64,000 nt of DNA, from positions 24,297,821 through 24,361,820 of the forward strand of contig NC_092379.1 in assembly GCF_030028105.1 (NCBI RefSeq), read 5' to 3'. The number at the start of each line of letters is the position of its first letter. Within the stretch, counting starts at the first letter, position 1. Of this stretch, positions 36,510 to 50,035 are shown piece after piece. Both the position numbers and the translations under genes were made by a program. Under the pieces are notes generated by a model. That model was not told the DNA's origin. It made no database searches and saw only the letters and a program-made list of their open reading frames with translations. This DNA comes from Mobula birostris (Eukaryota).

Positions 36510-39500
36510 ATAAGGCCATAAGACCATTAGGCATCGAGGCAGAACTTAGCATTTGATCCACTATTCCATCATGGATGCTTTATTGTCCCTCAGCTCTACT
36601 GTCTTGCGTTTTTTTCGTAAACCTTGACGACACATTCACGAAACTCCAGCGAGTCCAAAGCTATCACACCGTGTTCCCCCGTTAATCCGTTCATTCCCGG
36701 AATCAACTTTGTCACCGTCTCCTGGACCCTGTGCAATGTCAGCACGCAGACCTTGGTCCAAAACGGCTAACAATACTCCACGTGCAGTCTACCAAAACCA
36801 AAGAAAGTACCAGCATCGCATAACACCATACAGTTTAAGACATAAGAGCAGAATTAGGGCATTGGTCCCATCGAATCTGCTCCGCCATTAAATCATGGCT
36901 GATCACTTACGGTCCGCTCGTTAGCCCCACTCCCCGACCTTCTCCCAGTAAACCTAAATGCCGTGGCCACTGAAAAAACTATCAATCTCTGCGTTAAATA
37001 CACCCGAAGACCAGGTCTACTCTGCTGCATGTGAAAACAACATCCACAAATTTATCATACTCTGGCTAAAGACATTTCTCCACATCTCTGTTTTAAATGG
37101 ACGTATTCCATTCATGTGACTGTACCCCCTTGTCTTACACTACCTAACCATGGGAAATATTGTTCCCAACTCTGTTCTAGATTTTCCGACATTCAGAAGG
37201 TTGCATTGAAAATCCCTGAATCCTTATAAATTCGAGATATTACAGACAAACAGCCATTAATCGTGCCTCGCATGATAACTGTTCATTCCGCAATCATGTT
37301 TGTGAAACACATCTGATCATTCTCCATGGGCAGGATATCCTTCTTTTTACTAGAAACCCAAAACTGTTCAGAATCCTCGAGGTGAGGCCTCTGCAGAGTC
37401 ACTTAAGGCTTCAGCAGCACATCCCTGTCTTATAGTCTATAGCTCTTGAAATTAATTCTATCCTTGCATTTGCCTTCCTAACACACCGACGGAACTTGCA
37501 AGTTAACGTTTAAGGTGTTCTGCACAAGGACTCCCAAGTCCCTTTGAGTGTAAGATTATCGGATTTTCTTCACTTTTGGAAAATAGATGTTACATTTATT
37601 TCTACTGGCAAAGAACATTACCATGCATTTTCCAACATTATATTTAATTTGACACTTCCTTATCCATCCCCTTAATTTCTGTTTCCTCAATACCACCGGC
37701 CTCTCCACCGATCTTCGGATCATCTGCAAACTTGGCAACAGAGCTATCTACTTCATAATCTAGATCACTGATATACGGCATAAAAAGCAGCAGTCCCTAC
37801 ATCGAATCCGACAGAACATCAGTAGTCACTGGCGGCTAATCAGAAAAGGATACTTTTATTTCCACACGCAGCCACCTACCAATCAGTCCATGCTCTAACG
37901 ATGCTACAAATTTTCCTTTAATGCCATTTTTTTTCTTTAACTTGGTAAACCGACTCATTCGTGGCACCTGGTGAAAACCTTCCAATAATCCAAATAAACA
38001 GCATCCACTCCATCCCCTTTACCTATCCGACCTGCAGTCTCCTTGAACAATACCAACCGGTCGATCAGGCAAGATTTTCGCTCAAGGAAAACATGCTGAC
38101 TTTGACATATCTTATCCTGTGTCACCAGCTATTCCATAATCCCGTCCTTGACAATTGACACCAACATCTTCACAATCACTGAGGTGAGGCTAACCAGTAT
38201 ATTTGTTCCTTTCTGCTGCCACCCTCCTTTCTTAAGGAGTGGACTGGCATTTGAAAATTTCCACTCCTCTGAAAGCATGCAAGAGACAAACATTCTTGAA
38301 AGATCATGACCCATGCCTCAACAATTTCCACCCCCAACTATTTCAGAACCCTAGGTCCCAGAGCATCTGTTCCGGGTGATAATGTGCCTTAGGTATTTTA
38401 AATGTTTGACACCTTCTCCGGTGTAATAGTGACTGAACGTACTTCTATTTCCTCAGCCCCTTCAACACCTGGCACACCTCTAGGTTCTTACACAATGAAC
38501 ACTGATGCAATATACTCATATAGTCCATATGCTATCTCCATAAACCTAGTTGCCATTTCTCGGGCCTAATTTCCTAGCCTTAAGATATACACTCCCAACT
38601 CTCTATTTTTTTTTTTACATACCTGACAAAGTCTGTCGTGTTCACGTTGCTGTTGTTTGCTAGATTGCCTTCATGTTTTCTTCCTAATGGTTATTTTAGT
38701 TGCTGTCTGCGTTTAAAACGCGTTGCAATCCTCTATTTTTCCCGCTATGTTTGCTTTGTTGTATGCCTTCTCTTTTTCTTCGACTTTAGCTTTGATTTTC
38801 CCTGTCGGCCATGGTTGTACTATTATGCCCTTTGAGTATATCCGTGTGTTTGGAATACATATAACTTGCATCCTCCTCATATTTTTTTTCCTGGAAGCTC
38901 AAGTCATTGCAGCTCAGCTGCCTTCCCTGCTAGTGTCAACTTCCAACTTACTTTACCAACACCTCTCTCATATCAATGTAATCTCCTTTACTCTACTGAA
39001 ATACTGCTACGTTAGACTTTACTGTCACCCGATCAAATTTCAAGTGTAACTCAGTCATACTGTGATCACTGTCTTCGAAGAGTTTCCTTACCTTAAGCTC
39101 CCAAATTCCCTTAGATTTATTACATAACAACCAATTCATTATATTCTAACCTCAGTAGGATCAAGGCGAACTGCTCTGAAAGCTATGTGGTAGGCATCCA
39201 ACACGTTTATCCTCTTGAGATCCATTAAGGATCTGATTATTTCAAATTGAAGTCGGCATTAAAATCTCCCATGACTTGCATATCATTGTCCTTATAACAC
39301 GCGTTTTCTATTTCCCAATTTTATCTGTAGCCCACATCCCAGCTACTGTCTAGAGGGCTTTAGAAAACTGTCATCAGGGTCGCTTTAGCCTTGCGGTTTC
39401 TTAACTCAACTCACAAGCATTCAATGTCTTCCGATAATATGTCACACCCTTCTAATAATTTGATGCCCTCCTTTACCAGCAAAACTACGCTCCCCAGCCT

Positions 39501-39873
39501 AAATTCCTATAGCTCCGATACAATCTGTGACCTTGGACACTCAGCTTCCAACTACAGCAGTCCTTCAGTCATGATTCATTGATAATTACAACATTATGCC
39601 CAACGATCTGTAAAAGTACCACAAGATCATCGATCTTATTTCTTATACTTTATGTTTGAAACATAACTCTTGGAGTATTGTATTTGCTACTATTCATATC
39701 ATCCGGGACGTCCGCAGAATCTCCTGTCTGTCCCTCTGATTATTGAGCATTCTATCATTACCTCTTCACTTTTCTCCCTCTTCCCTTCTGGACCACGGAG
39801 CCATACTAAATCCCAGTAAAATGATCTCTGAGGCATTCCACTGGGTGGTGTCCCCCACATCAGTGTTATGCAG

Positions 39874-39932
<59 letters not shown>

Positions 39933-40260
39933 GTCTTTCGTTCTTTCTTTCTTTATGTATGCGCTAACTGTCCATTCACCTTCCCAGACATTCTCCTGAC
40001 AGCCACCCAGCTTCCCGTATCCTGTATCGTTACTACTTTCCTGTAACTACGATCGATGATCTCCTCACACTCCCGTGCAAGCAAAAGGTCGTCAATCTGC
40101 GGCTCCAGATACCCGTCACAGCCTTTAATGTGCTGTAACATGCTGCACTTTACACAGATGCAGTTCTCTGAATTTATCAGAACTTCAGCATCCGGTATGA
40201 AGAAGACACAACCCCCAGTTGACTTCACGAAATACCTCGACACACACAAAAAAAAGGAAA
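36510..40260 (-). mobile_element. Long degenerate CR1 LINE (ORF1 N-terminus through ORF2 3' end)
   Basis: ORF1-like CICVKCSMLQ...REC.EIIDRSYRKVVT at 39953-40249, ORF2 pieces EEWKFSNASPLLKKGG.Q.KG...VSLTSVI.KML, and a cataagaccataag-type 3' tail. Confidence 0.8.
39875..39955. repeat. (TTTC)n microsatellite
   Basis: Direct inspection. Confidence 0.9.
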
Positions 40261-40349
40261 CTTAAGAGAAACTGATTTGATGGAGACAGACGTGAGAGTA
40301 CGGAGGAACATCTGGAGAAATTTCTGAAATGCCCACTTCTCTGCCGCTG

Positions 40350-40862
40350 CTGCTGTGTGGTCCTGAATCTCCGAAGCAGAAGACACCGATTGCTCGGCTT
40401 TGCTTGTTTCGGCGCCCGGGGCGAGCTGGAAGGCGCTCGGCAGAGGATGGCGCTCGGGAGGCTGTATCGGAGGAGCTGGTCGGAGTCTCGATGTTTTCGG
40501 ACGGACGGACTCAGTGTCGGTTGCGGCAGATGCTTCCAATGCATCGGCAGTTTTCAGTGCCTGGAGATTTATGGCAGGGAGTTTTTTCATTTTGCCACCT
40601 GCTATCGGGGACTATCGGGAGTCGATCGGGACTTTGAGACTTTTTTTTTATCTTGTCCAAGGTCTGCTCTTTATCAAATTATGGTATTGCTTTGCACTGC
40701 TGTAACTATATGCTATAATTATGTGGTTCTGTTAGTGTTAGTCTTTGGTTTGTCCTGCTTTTTTGTGATATTACTCTGGAAGAACATTATCATTTCTTAA
40801 CGCATGCATGCATTCCTAAATGACAATAAACGAAGACTGAGTGTCCTCATAATCTAATCTAA
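40350..40862 (+). mobile_element. Short non-autonomous retroelement ending in (aatct)n
   Basis: GC-rich 5' part, 3' end aaatgacaataaacgaagactgagtgtcctcataatctaatcta, no ORF. Confidence 0.5.
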
Positions 40863-41219
40863 AAAAAATCTTTAAAAAAAACAACTTCCTAACCAAAACC
40901 AACGCCATTTCCTAGCCGAAACCTCCTTCAGCCATAGCCCGACACTAGCAGTCTCACCACTGGCCCATTTCCAACCGTGTTCGCTTCAACAAATGTCGCC
41001 CCGCCGGAGCATTCTGTTTCTTTTTTAACTCCTATCTACGCTGCTCCCGCCGTATTGAATTACACTGAACGGCCGCGAAACTCTCCTTTTAAATGAGCGC
41101 AGCCGACTTGCAAGCAACATCCCGGTTGTGCGCTGCTCTTGGCACTAATATTCTAATCCCCTCGAAAAGAAAACTAACATTGTATTTGCTTTTTCACCAC
41201 CGACTCAACCTGCAAGTGA

Positions 41220-42830
41220 GCCTTTAGTAATAAAGGCAGAGAATCATAGAGAAGTACAGTATATAAACATGCCATTCGGTCAATCTATTCCGTGTCCTCC
41301 ATTTAAACTACCTACTCGTAGCGGCCACACCACTAGCATCCATGTGCTTATCCAACGTTGTTTTAAACGTCCAAAACTTACCCTGCATGCACCACTTGTG
41401 CTGACAACTCGTTCCACAATGTTACGACCCTCTGAGTGAAGAAGCTTCCCCTCATGCTCCGCTTAAACATTTGACTAACACGAAACTCATGACCTCTGCT
41501 TGTAGACGTCCCTAACATCGGTAGAAAAAGCATGGTTTCATCTCCCCTATCTATACCCGTCATAATTTTCTGTGCATTAGATTCAATGTTCTTATAACCT
41601 TTTCGGATTCTTGCACAAGGGCTCGCAAGTGCTTTTGCGTATCTGAAATTTGAATTTTCTCTCCGTTTAGAAAGTAGTCAACGCCTTTATTCCTTCCAGA
41701 AAATTAAATGTCGATACACTTTCGTGCACTATTTCCATTTGCACTTCTTTGGCCATTCTCCAAATCTTGCTAGTCCTTCTACAGACTCCATACTTCCTCA
41801 AAACTACGTGCCCCTTTACTTATCTTTGTACGTGTACACACATGCCCAGAAAACCATCAGTTCCGTCATCTAACAACACACATCAAATTTGCTGGTGAAC
41901 GCAGCAGGCCAGACAGCATATCTAGGAAGAAGCACAGTCGACGTTTCGGGCCGAGACCCTTCGTCAAGACTAACTAAAGGAAGGCTTACTAATGGTGTCT
42001 AGTGGTGTTCCACAAGGATCTGGGTTGGGACAAGTTTGTCTTACGTTATTTGTCAATGCTTTAGATGATGGAAATGATGTCTTTCTTGCAAACTTTCCAG
42101 GCGATCTGAAAATGGGTGGAGGGGCAGGTAGTTTCGAGAAAGTACAGAAGGAAAAAGCAAATTAGGAGAATTGGCAAATGAATAGATGATGGAATGGGGT
42201 GTTGGAAGTGTATGGGCATAAATTGTGATAGGAAGTATGAAAGGGTCGATTACTTTTTTAATGCAGATACAAAACAAAAGCCCGCAAAGGGGTTGAAAGT
42301 TCTTGGACACGATTCCCTGTTGTTAACTTGCAGATTATTTCTGTGATGAGGAAGGAAAATGTGATGTTTGCATTAATTTCAAAAAGGCTAGAATATAATA
42401 GAAATAACGTAATGTTGATTTTTTTATTAAACAATGGTGAGATTGTTTGAGGGTTCTGGACTTGTATTTATTGGGATTCAGTAGAAACGTATCGAATGTG
42501 AAAGCCTTTTTAGAGTGGATGTGGAGAGGATGATTCCTATGAGGGGAGAGGCCAAGACAGGGGACACGGCCTCAGAAGATAAACTTATTTAGTCAGAGAG
42601 TGTTGGATCTGTGGAATTATTTGACTCAGGCTGTTGTGGTGTTCAAATGCTTATGCATATTTAAGGCAGAACTAATAGATTCTTAATTGCTGAGTGCATG
42701 AGGGGGATGGGTGTGGCAGGTGGAGAGGACGGGAGAGGCAGGATATTGGGGCTGAGGAAAATTGGATTAGCCCTGCTGAAATAATGGAACAGACTCGATG
42801 GGACAAATGGCTATATTCTACTCCTGCATC
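41220..42830. mobile_element. Two CR1 fragments (minus ~41220-41830, plus ~41990-42830)
   Basis: TSRGHEFRV..FKRSMRGSFFTQRVVTLWNEL on the minus strand; ctagtggtgttccacaaggatc and agagtgttggatctgtggaat on the plus strand. Confidence 0.7.
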
Positions 42831-43689
42831 TTCCCGGAATAGCTAGAGTCGTGTCGTCCTCGAACTTTGGATTTTATTAGATTTGTCTGTGGGGGTACAG
42901 TTATTTATCTAATGTGAGTACACGAGGGGTGAATACAAACATCCACGTGGAAAGCCTGTGCTTATAAAATCCTTGAGAAACTGAAGCGTTTGAAGATAGA
43001 TAAATCATGTATACCAAAACGTTCACGTTCAGAAATTAAGTGATTGTGGATGCATTTGTAATGATATTTCAAGAAGGACTAGCTTCTGAGACTTCGGATC
43101 CGAACATACTGTCTTCGTTCGTTTCAGAGAGGACGGGGGAGAGATGGAGAGGGAGAGGGAGAGGCAGGGTTGAGTAAGAGAACGTGATTACGTGAATTGG
43201 AAGAAGGCATTTAGAATGGAAGAAGACAATCATTAAGAAAGAGAAGGAAGATGAAAAGAAAGAAATAAAAACAGTGTCAGAGAACAAATCAAGGAACAGA
43301 TAAGAACATCCAGTGGACGTGTCCTTAGGAGAGGACTGCGCCTAAAATAAATAAGAAGCAGACAGTGTGTGACAGAATTTCAGACATGCATAAGGAAGTG
43401 TATAAATATTGATATCATGAGGACATCTGAGATCGTCGTGGCGAGAGAATTTGAGAAAACGAAAGGGGCGAGTTTCTGCTCGTGTGTTGCCCCTTGTGAC
43501 AGAGAAATAGAAGAAAGGAATGGATAGATATCGAAGGAGATAGAGATAGATAGAACGTCGCTAGATAGATAGAGAGGACAGGTGTCGGGCGGGGGGGGGA
43601 AGAGAAAGGGGGTCACGGCCCAGCTCTAGTAGAGGTATTGTGAGGTGTGAAAGAAATGGAAGGCAACACAGAAAGTAAAGAACGGAATC

Positions 43690-43930
43690 TTTCTTGGCGA
43701 CGAGAAGGGGTGCAGGAGTGAGATAGATAGGTTGGTTGTGTGGTGTTACAAGAACCTCGCACAACGTCAGCAAGTGAAACGAAGTGATTGTGAACTTCAG
43801 GAGGGCGAAGCCCAGAGAACAATTAACATTTCCAATTGATAGGTCAATGGTAGAATAGGTGAGACGATTTAATGTTTGAGAAAGTGCTTCCTCCTCTCCG
43901 CCACGTGATTTTTGAATGGTCAATGGCAAC
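43690..43930 (+). mobile_element. Rex1/Babar RT fragment
   Basis: Decayed YRSEI..LV.WC..N.L.LNVSK.KE.IVDFRR motif (gtgattgtgaacttcaggagg). Confidence 0.55.
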
Positions 43931-44665
43931 TGAACACAACATCATATTTTACAATTTTTTGCGCTATTTATTTTATAACATACATTCTAGTAATGTTTTG
44001 CTGCAGCAGTCATAATAAGCCTCAATTATTCTAAAGAGGGTGAGAGAATTCGGGTATGATGTTTGGCAAAATGTATTTGAAGAGTTGAATGCAGATTCAC
44101 ATAGACGACTCTCTACTTACATGAATTAGACAAAGAACCAAGGAGCACGGAGTTGCATTTGCTGCAGCGATAGCCATGTGATTTCAGACGTCAATTGCTG
44201 ACGGTGTCGCAGACTCCCTATTGAAACAAATTGACAATCTTCCAGAAGGTCCGAAGTGAGAAAGTGGATAGTTACACAGCTCACCGGAAGCACTAAATCT
44301 CATCATCCCCTGCACTTATACTGTATTTTCCAGCGATAGCATTTCAACAGCAGGAACTGCTGTTTACAGTTGCGGATGGGAGTTCGAGCATCATCGGTAA
44401 GGACGTTTATCCACATGTCAGTGCCCAATCATGCTTGCCCTTGAGGTGGTAGTATTGAGACGGCCTCTTCGCTATCATGCAGTCATTTGTGTAATTCCCT
44501 GCATCTGAGAAAGGGATGATGTGAAAAATGTGGTACAACCCTCTGCACAATGGTTATTTTGTTGAAATCATGAAACTAAGCAGATCGTGAAGGACCTTTA
44601 CTCCAGATTCAAATTGCAGTTTCAAACTTGCCATTTCAGTGAACTGGCCTGACAAAACTCGTGTC

Positions 44666-44711
44666 ATGGAAATCGTCGTATGTCTCGCCATGATTCTGAT
44701 TCATAAGTCAT
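44666..44711 (+). CDS. Probable leader exon of V3
   Basis: MEIVVCLAMILIHKS T|gtaagc: 46 nt, phase 1, splices in frame to V3 (C-TNP-NLALTQ) across a 430-nt intron. Confidence 0.65.
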
Positions 44712-45141
44712 GTAAGCTTCGCCTATACTTTTTCATTCCTCGCAGGAATTTTGATATTCATTTGCGCGAATCAGTATTCGACAGGCCAGCAAAAAGAAGG
44801 ATTTACAACTTTAATGAGTTTGAAACGATGGTCGATGTTTTTAATGGCAAACACTAACATGTGAACTAATTCCAAATAAATAAAACAAGACGGTTGATCG
44901 TCGTCAGGCATAGAGTTATTACTTGTTAATACCGAGCAACGAGATTTTCCAGACAAATACACGGTAGTGAGGTATCAACGAAATAGAGAGAGACATGAAA
45001 GCCAATTCAGGCATCTACGACAATTTGCCTTTCTTGTCCTTAACCGCTAGGATATGATCTAGTGAAATAAAAATCTATTGGCGTGCAATGGTTTCGTCTT
45101 CCAAAGCTTTAGCTATCTCTATTGATTTATTTTATTAACAG

Positions 45142-45442
45142 GTACCAATCCTAACCTTGCACTGACACAACCAGATTTAGTGAATGTGCGCGATGGGGAC
45201 GCTTATCAGATCCAGTGCAAAATGACAAGAGGCGACATTAGTAACTATATCATGTTCTGGTACAGGCAATTTCTTGGAAAAAAAACTGGCATGGGCAATT
45301 AGATACTATGACTCCACCACCGTCAGTTATGCTCCCAATCTCCGTGGTGGATTTAAATGCACATCCAATTTCTCCGTCTTGCTTTTGGACATTAGACTGA
45401 TTGGGGTCAATGACGTTGCCACGTATTACTGTGCTGCGAGTA
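45142..45442 (+). pseudogene. Ig/TCR V exon (V3), same TAILV-like family as V2, +1 frameshift in an A8 run
   Basis: TNPNLALTQPDLVNVRDGDAYQIQCKMTRGDISNYIMFWYRQFLGKK/LAWAIRYYDSTTVSYAPNLRGGFKCTSNFSVLLLDIRLIGVNDVATYYCAAS. The frameshift is at GGAAAAAAAAC (~45276-45286). Confidence 0.85.
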
Positions 45443-45480
45443 CACAGTGGTGCAATTGGTGTTCGAAGATTTGTAAAACC
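45443..45480 (+). other. 22-spacer RSS of V3
   Basis: CACAGTG + 22 nt + TGTAAAACC. Confidence 0.85.
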
Positions 45481-46479
45481 TCAAACACTTTAACTCCCCC
45501 AATCTAAGGGTTTTTGAAAGAACCTAAGAACATTGAACGTAAGGGCAGAAGCACGTTATACATCAAAATGCGGCAATTTCGGCAATCATTTTGCAAATAA
45601 AGCTGAAGTTCAAAGCCCCTGATTTCAGATTTACTCCACCCTTTATAACTAAACCGTTAACATCCATTTGGGACCAGATTTACAATAATTCACCACCTTT
45701 TGAATCAGAAAGTTCTTGTCATATCTCAGTTCAGATTAGGCAACTCCATTTATTCCCACTTTCTAATTCTTGACACTTCACGCACGGAAGCATTATTTTT
45801 TCACGACGCTGAAATCCCACAACGTACTTGTGAGCTTCAGTGACAGCACTACATATTCCAGGAAATGAATGAACATACAGAGCCAGTCGGCTGACTATCT
45901 CCTCGTTCGATAATGCAGCTCCTCCCAACGTCATCAAACACCCAACAGTTAACCCGTGTCATTCCCTATTTGTCGTTTGTCTTCCTGAGTCACAAAGAAA
46001 ATCCTACTCTTCCACGACGATGTTCCATATATGGACTGGCATGTTTTATAAATCCTCTCTATGACTTCAGCACTCCAGTTTTAACACGCAGAACATAGAA
46101 CACACTTAAAAATATTTTGCAGAACAATTACGTAGTCAAATGTCCACGAAACTGATCATTTTCCCCAAGAAATGCCCGTTATTGGCATTTCCTGCATATT
46201 CATATGCTTATCTAAGGACATCTTCATCGATCCGATCCTATGTTTCTCTGTCACCGCGCCAGGAAACGCATTCCAGTCACCCACCAATGTCGTTGTAAAA
46301 GTTTATCTGGCATATCACGATTGATTGTACCATCCTAGCTTAAAGGCATCCCCTCTGTTGTTGGGAGTTTCAACCCTGGGAAAGTGATATTGGCTGTCTG
46401 CTCCATTCATGCCTCCTAAAAAATTATAAAGTTCTATCGGATCTTCCGCAGCTCTTGCTGTACCATCGAAAATACCCCG

Positions 46480-47985
46480 TATGTCTCCAGCCCTCTCTTA
46501 CAGCACACACCCTGCAATCCAGGCAGCAGCCAGGTAAAATTCAAATATGGCATCCTGGTAAACTTCAGGATGGCATTGAAGCTGTTGTTAGCCACACATT
46601 CAAAAGTATTGAGCGACTAAATCAGAAGGCAAAGCACACCACCTTGCTGTGTCTGCGTGCTTATGCTCATTGTGGAGGATATGTTACTAATCCCTATTGA
46701 TTGGGATCTGTATGCAAGCTAATCCAAGATCCAATTATACATCGAAGTATCGAGGCCTCTGTCTTGGAGTTTATTTCTTAGTTCTGAGGGATTATAGTGA
46801 TGGATACTAAACTGTAATAAATACAGAATATCCCGTTCAATGCACCTTCTTGGTACAGATATTTCATAGTTGAGGAAGAGCCAGTGTATTTGCATGTGTT
46901 TATGACCTGCTCTGACGGTCGGCAAATTGGAGCGGAGCCAAGTCACGCTTCAGGCAGCAGTTGATATTCTTCATGACCAACCGCTTAAAGCACTTTATGG
47001 CTGTGAATGTAAGTGGCATTGGACGGTAGACATTGAGGCAGTTCAATGTTCAATGTGGACACCAGTATCAATAAGCCTGCATGAAGCGTGGAGATAGCTC
47101 AGATTGCCAAAGCGAGACATTGATGATGTCAGTAAACAGTCCAGCCGGTGGACTAGCATAGTTCTTTAGGAACATCGTCTGGCGATTCTGTCTTTTCGAC
47201 CACGAAAGAGCTGATTGTGACCGTCGGGAAGGGTAAGCCGAAGGAACACATACCAATCCTCTTAGAGGGATCAGAGGTGAAGAGAGTGAGCACCTTCAAG
47301 TTCCTCGGTGTCAAGATTTCTGAGGATCTAACATGGTCCCAACATATTGATGTTGTCATAAAGAAGGAAACACACGGTTATACGTAATTAGGAGATTGAA
47401 GGGATTTGGCCTGTCAAGAAATACACTCAAAAACTTCTGTAGCTTTAACGGTGCAGAACATTCTGTCAGGCTGCATCACTGTCTGGTATGGAGGGGCGAC
47501 TGCACAGGACCGAAAGAAGCTTCAGACGGTTGGAAATCTCGTCAGCTCCAACTTGGGCACTTGCCTAAAATGTACTCAGGACATCTTTAGGGAGCCGTGT
47601 ATAAGAAAGAATGCATCCATTATTAAGGATCTACAGCACCCAGCCCATGCCCATTTTTCATGATTACCATCAGGTAGCAGATATAAAAGCCTGCAGGCAA
47701 CCACTCAGCGATAAAGAACAACTTCTTCCCCTCTACCATCCGATTCCTAAATGGAGCTTTGGACAATACCTCACTTTTTAAATATACAGTATTTCTGTTT
47801 TTGCACATTAAAAAAATCATTTTAATGTACGTAATTGATTTATTTCTTTCTTTGTGTTTTATTTTTTTTTATTTTGTTATTTCTTTCTCTTTCTCTGCTA
47901 GATTACGTATTGCATTGAACTGCTGCTGTTAAGTTAATACATTTCTCGTCACATGCTGGTGATAATAAACCTGATTCTGATTCCG
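46480..47985. mobile_element. Rex1/Babar LINE fragments in opposite orientations (minus ~46480-47150, plus ~47150-47985)
   Basis: KL.D.GLDTSMYNWILD on the minus strand; agagagtgagcaccttcaagttcctcggtg, CITVWYGGATAQDRKKLQ and an aataaacctgattctgattc tail on the plus strand. Confidence 0.75.
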
Positions 47986-50035
47986 ATAAAGGGGTTGGGG
48001 TGAGCGGAGGCATATTCTTGAATCACATTCTTGTATACTTCAAATGGTGTTTTGGAATTATCTGGATGAATCAGTTGTTTTTTTCCCGTCGGACAGTTCA
48101 GTCACCTGGACGGACCGTGCCGCTTATAAACGAAGGGCGTAGTCGAATTTATTTGTATAATCAGGGCAATAGCTTCATATCCCTTATTATTGCAGTTGTT
48201 GTTTTTTTTTCTAAACAAACAGATGTAATCGAGTGAAACAAATACTTGGCCTGATATTTTCTTTATAGGTACAAATGGAGTTACATCAAATATTACCGCA
48301 TTTTCTCAGTATTTCAGCAGATATAATTGCAGTTGATTTTTCTAATGCACGGCAAAGCTGATGGACGAACTCAGTTGATGGGAAACCATGTGGACGAAAA
48401 CAATTCACATGAACTCTGGACTGATCCGTCGCCTTACTGTGGTGCAGAGTTTGTTTGTTTGTTTTTTTTTTTAACGTAATAAACATTAACCTAGTGGTCT
48501 GTAGATCCCAGTCTGGGAATCACTTGTATAGTGCTTCAACTTTTTTTTTGGCCCCAGACTGAAGAACTGAAAGTTTCTTGTGTCTTCTGTTTATTTTAAC
48601 GGCTTGAAATTCACAAGTTACGGGCATGAAAAAGAGTGTGTAATGAAAATGTTTATTTTGTTGTCATGTGAATCTTAGTATCCACAGTAATAAGGCAACA
48701 TCCCTAACGATTTTTATTGCACAGAGAAACACAGAGTGCGCGAAATCAAATTACAGAAAGTTCATTTTAAGGTGTCTTCTGATCAGTCCCAGACTTTCTA
48801 AATGACAGCTTCTTAAAACGCTGTAACACATAGCGCCAGTTTTAGACTAAAAATAGCTGAAAGTAAGATTTTACATGGCCTGATTTTTGGACATTTTCCC
48901 TTCCATGCTTGCTACTAGGAGCTCAGGTATGTCACATCAACATCGCAGCAGTGTTCTGGAGGTCAATCTGGGTACAGTTTGGTTGGAATAACACGTACAT
49001 TATTCATGAAGAACTTTCTTTGGATTTCATTGAAACACGTCTAAAATAATTCATTATCATGGCATCCCACAGACGTCTCACTTCCAAATTGAATATTTAC
49101 GTCCAAATTATTTTGTTTGCTGTGATTATGATTATATTATTATACTGTATGTGTGCGTGTTCGTTTATATCTGTGTGTTTCCGCGTGTGTGCCCGTCATG
49201 CAGTTCAGACATAACAATAAAAATATGAACTTCTGCAGAGGAAGATTCACAGCTGAATATTGTGATATATGCATTGATCTGCACACCCGATAAGAAGAAA
49301 TTTGTAATGCCAATAATTCATCGCAGTCCATTCCTTATACGGATTTTCTATATTTAAGTATGCCACTGTAATGGAGCAGCATTCCTTCAAAATTCTGACT
49401 GAGTAGCTTAGACCTAAAACATAGAGACTGTTGCTCTACCGACAGATTTTACCTGACCTGCTGAGTGTTCACATGTTCAACATCTGCAGATTTATCTGAT
49501 GACTAAGATATCAGAGTGAGTTTCTCAGCATGAAGTGCTAACAGCTAGCTAATGCGGATTGGCCTGGCTGCCAGTGCTTTACATGGGAAGCTACTTCATA
49601 CGCACTCTTTGTCTTCTGCCAATCAATCACTGCTGTAACCACGCCAGCGGCTCGCAGCTTGTAAAGCAGCCTACCATGTGTTGTACCTATAAAAGTCCTT
49701 CTGAAACTCCTAGAAAACAACATCAACCGATTCTTCTTTGTCTTCTTCAGTGTTATTTCTTCAAGGAATTACAACAGATTTGTCAGGAAAGTTCTTCCCT
49801 CGCGGAAACCATGCTGAATGTGGCCTGTTTTATCATATGTCTGTAAATACCCTGAGACCTCATCCTTAGTAAGCAAGTTGAACATCTGCCCAATCATTGG
49901 TCAGACTAAATGGCCTATAACTTTCTTTCGTCTGTTTCTCACCCTTTTTGAAGTTCAGTGTGACATTTGCAAGTTTTATTTTGGTTTTCTTCTAACTCAT
50001 CCTACTCTTCCTCCTCCTCTTGCTCCTTCCTCTTT

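Noticed and set aside
44330-44400. GTAVYSCGW, like a V end
   Set aside because: Only ~60 nt, no framework upstream and no RSS.
44995-45051. Alternative leader for V3 (MKANSGIYDNLPFLSLTA)
   Set aside because: No GT donor and poorly hydrophobic; the exon at 44666-44711 fits better.
48269-48970. Faint V-like traces (plus-strand GTNG...PYCGA; minus-strand SVFL...RDVA/YYCG)
   Set aside because: Too degenerate to support without alignment; no valid RSS.
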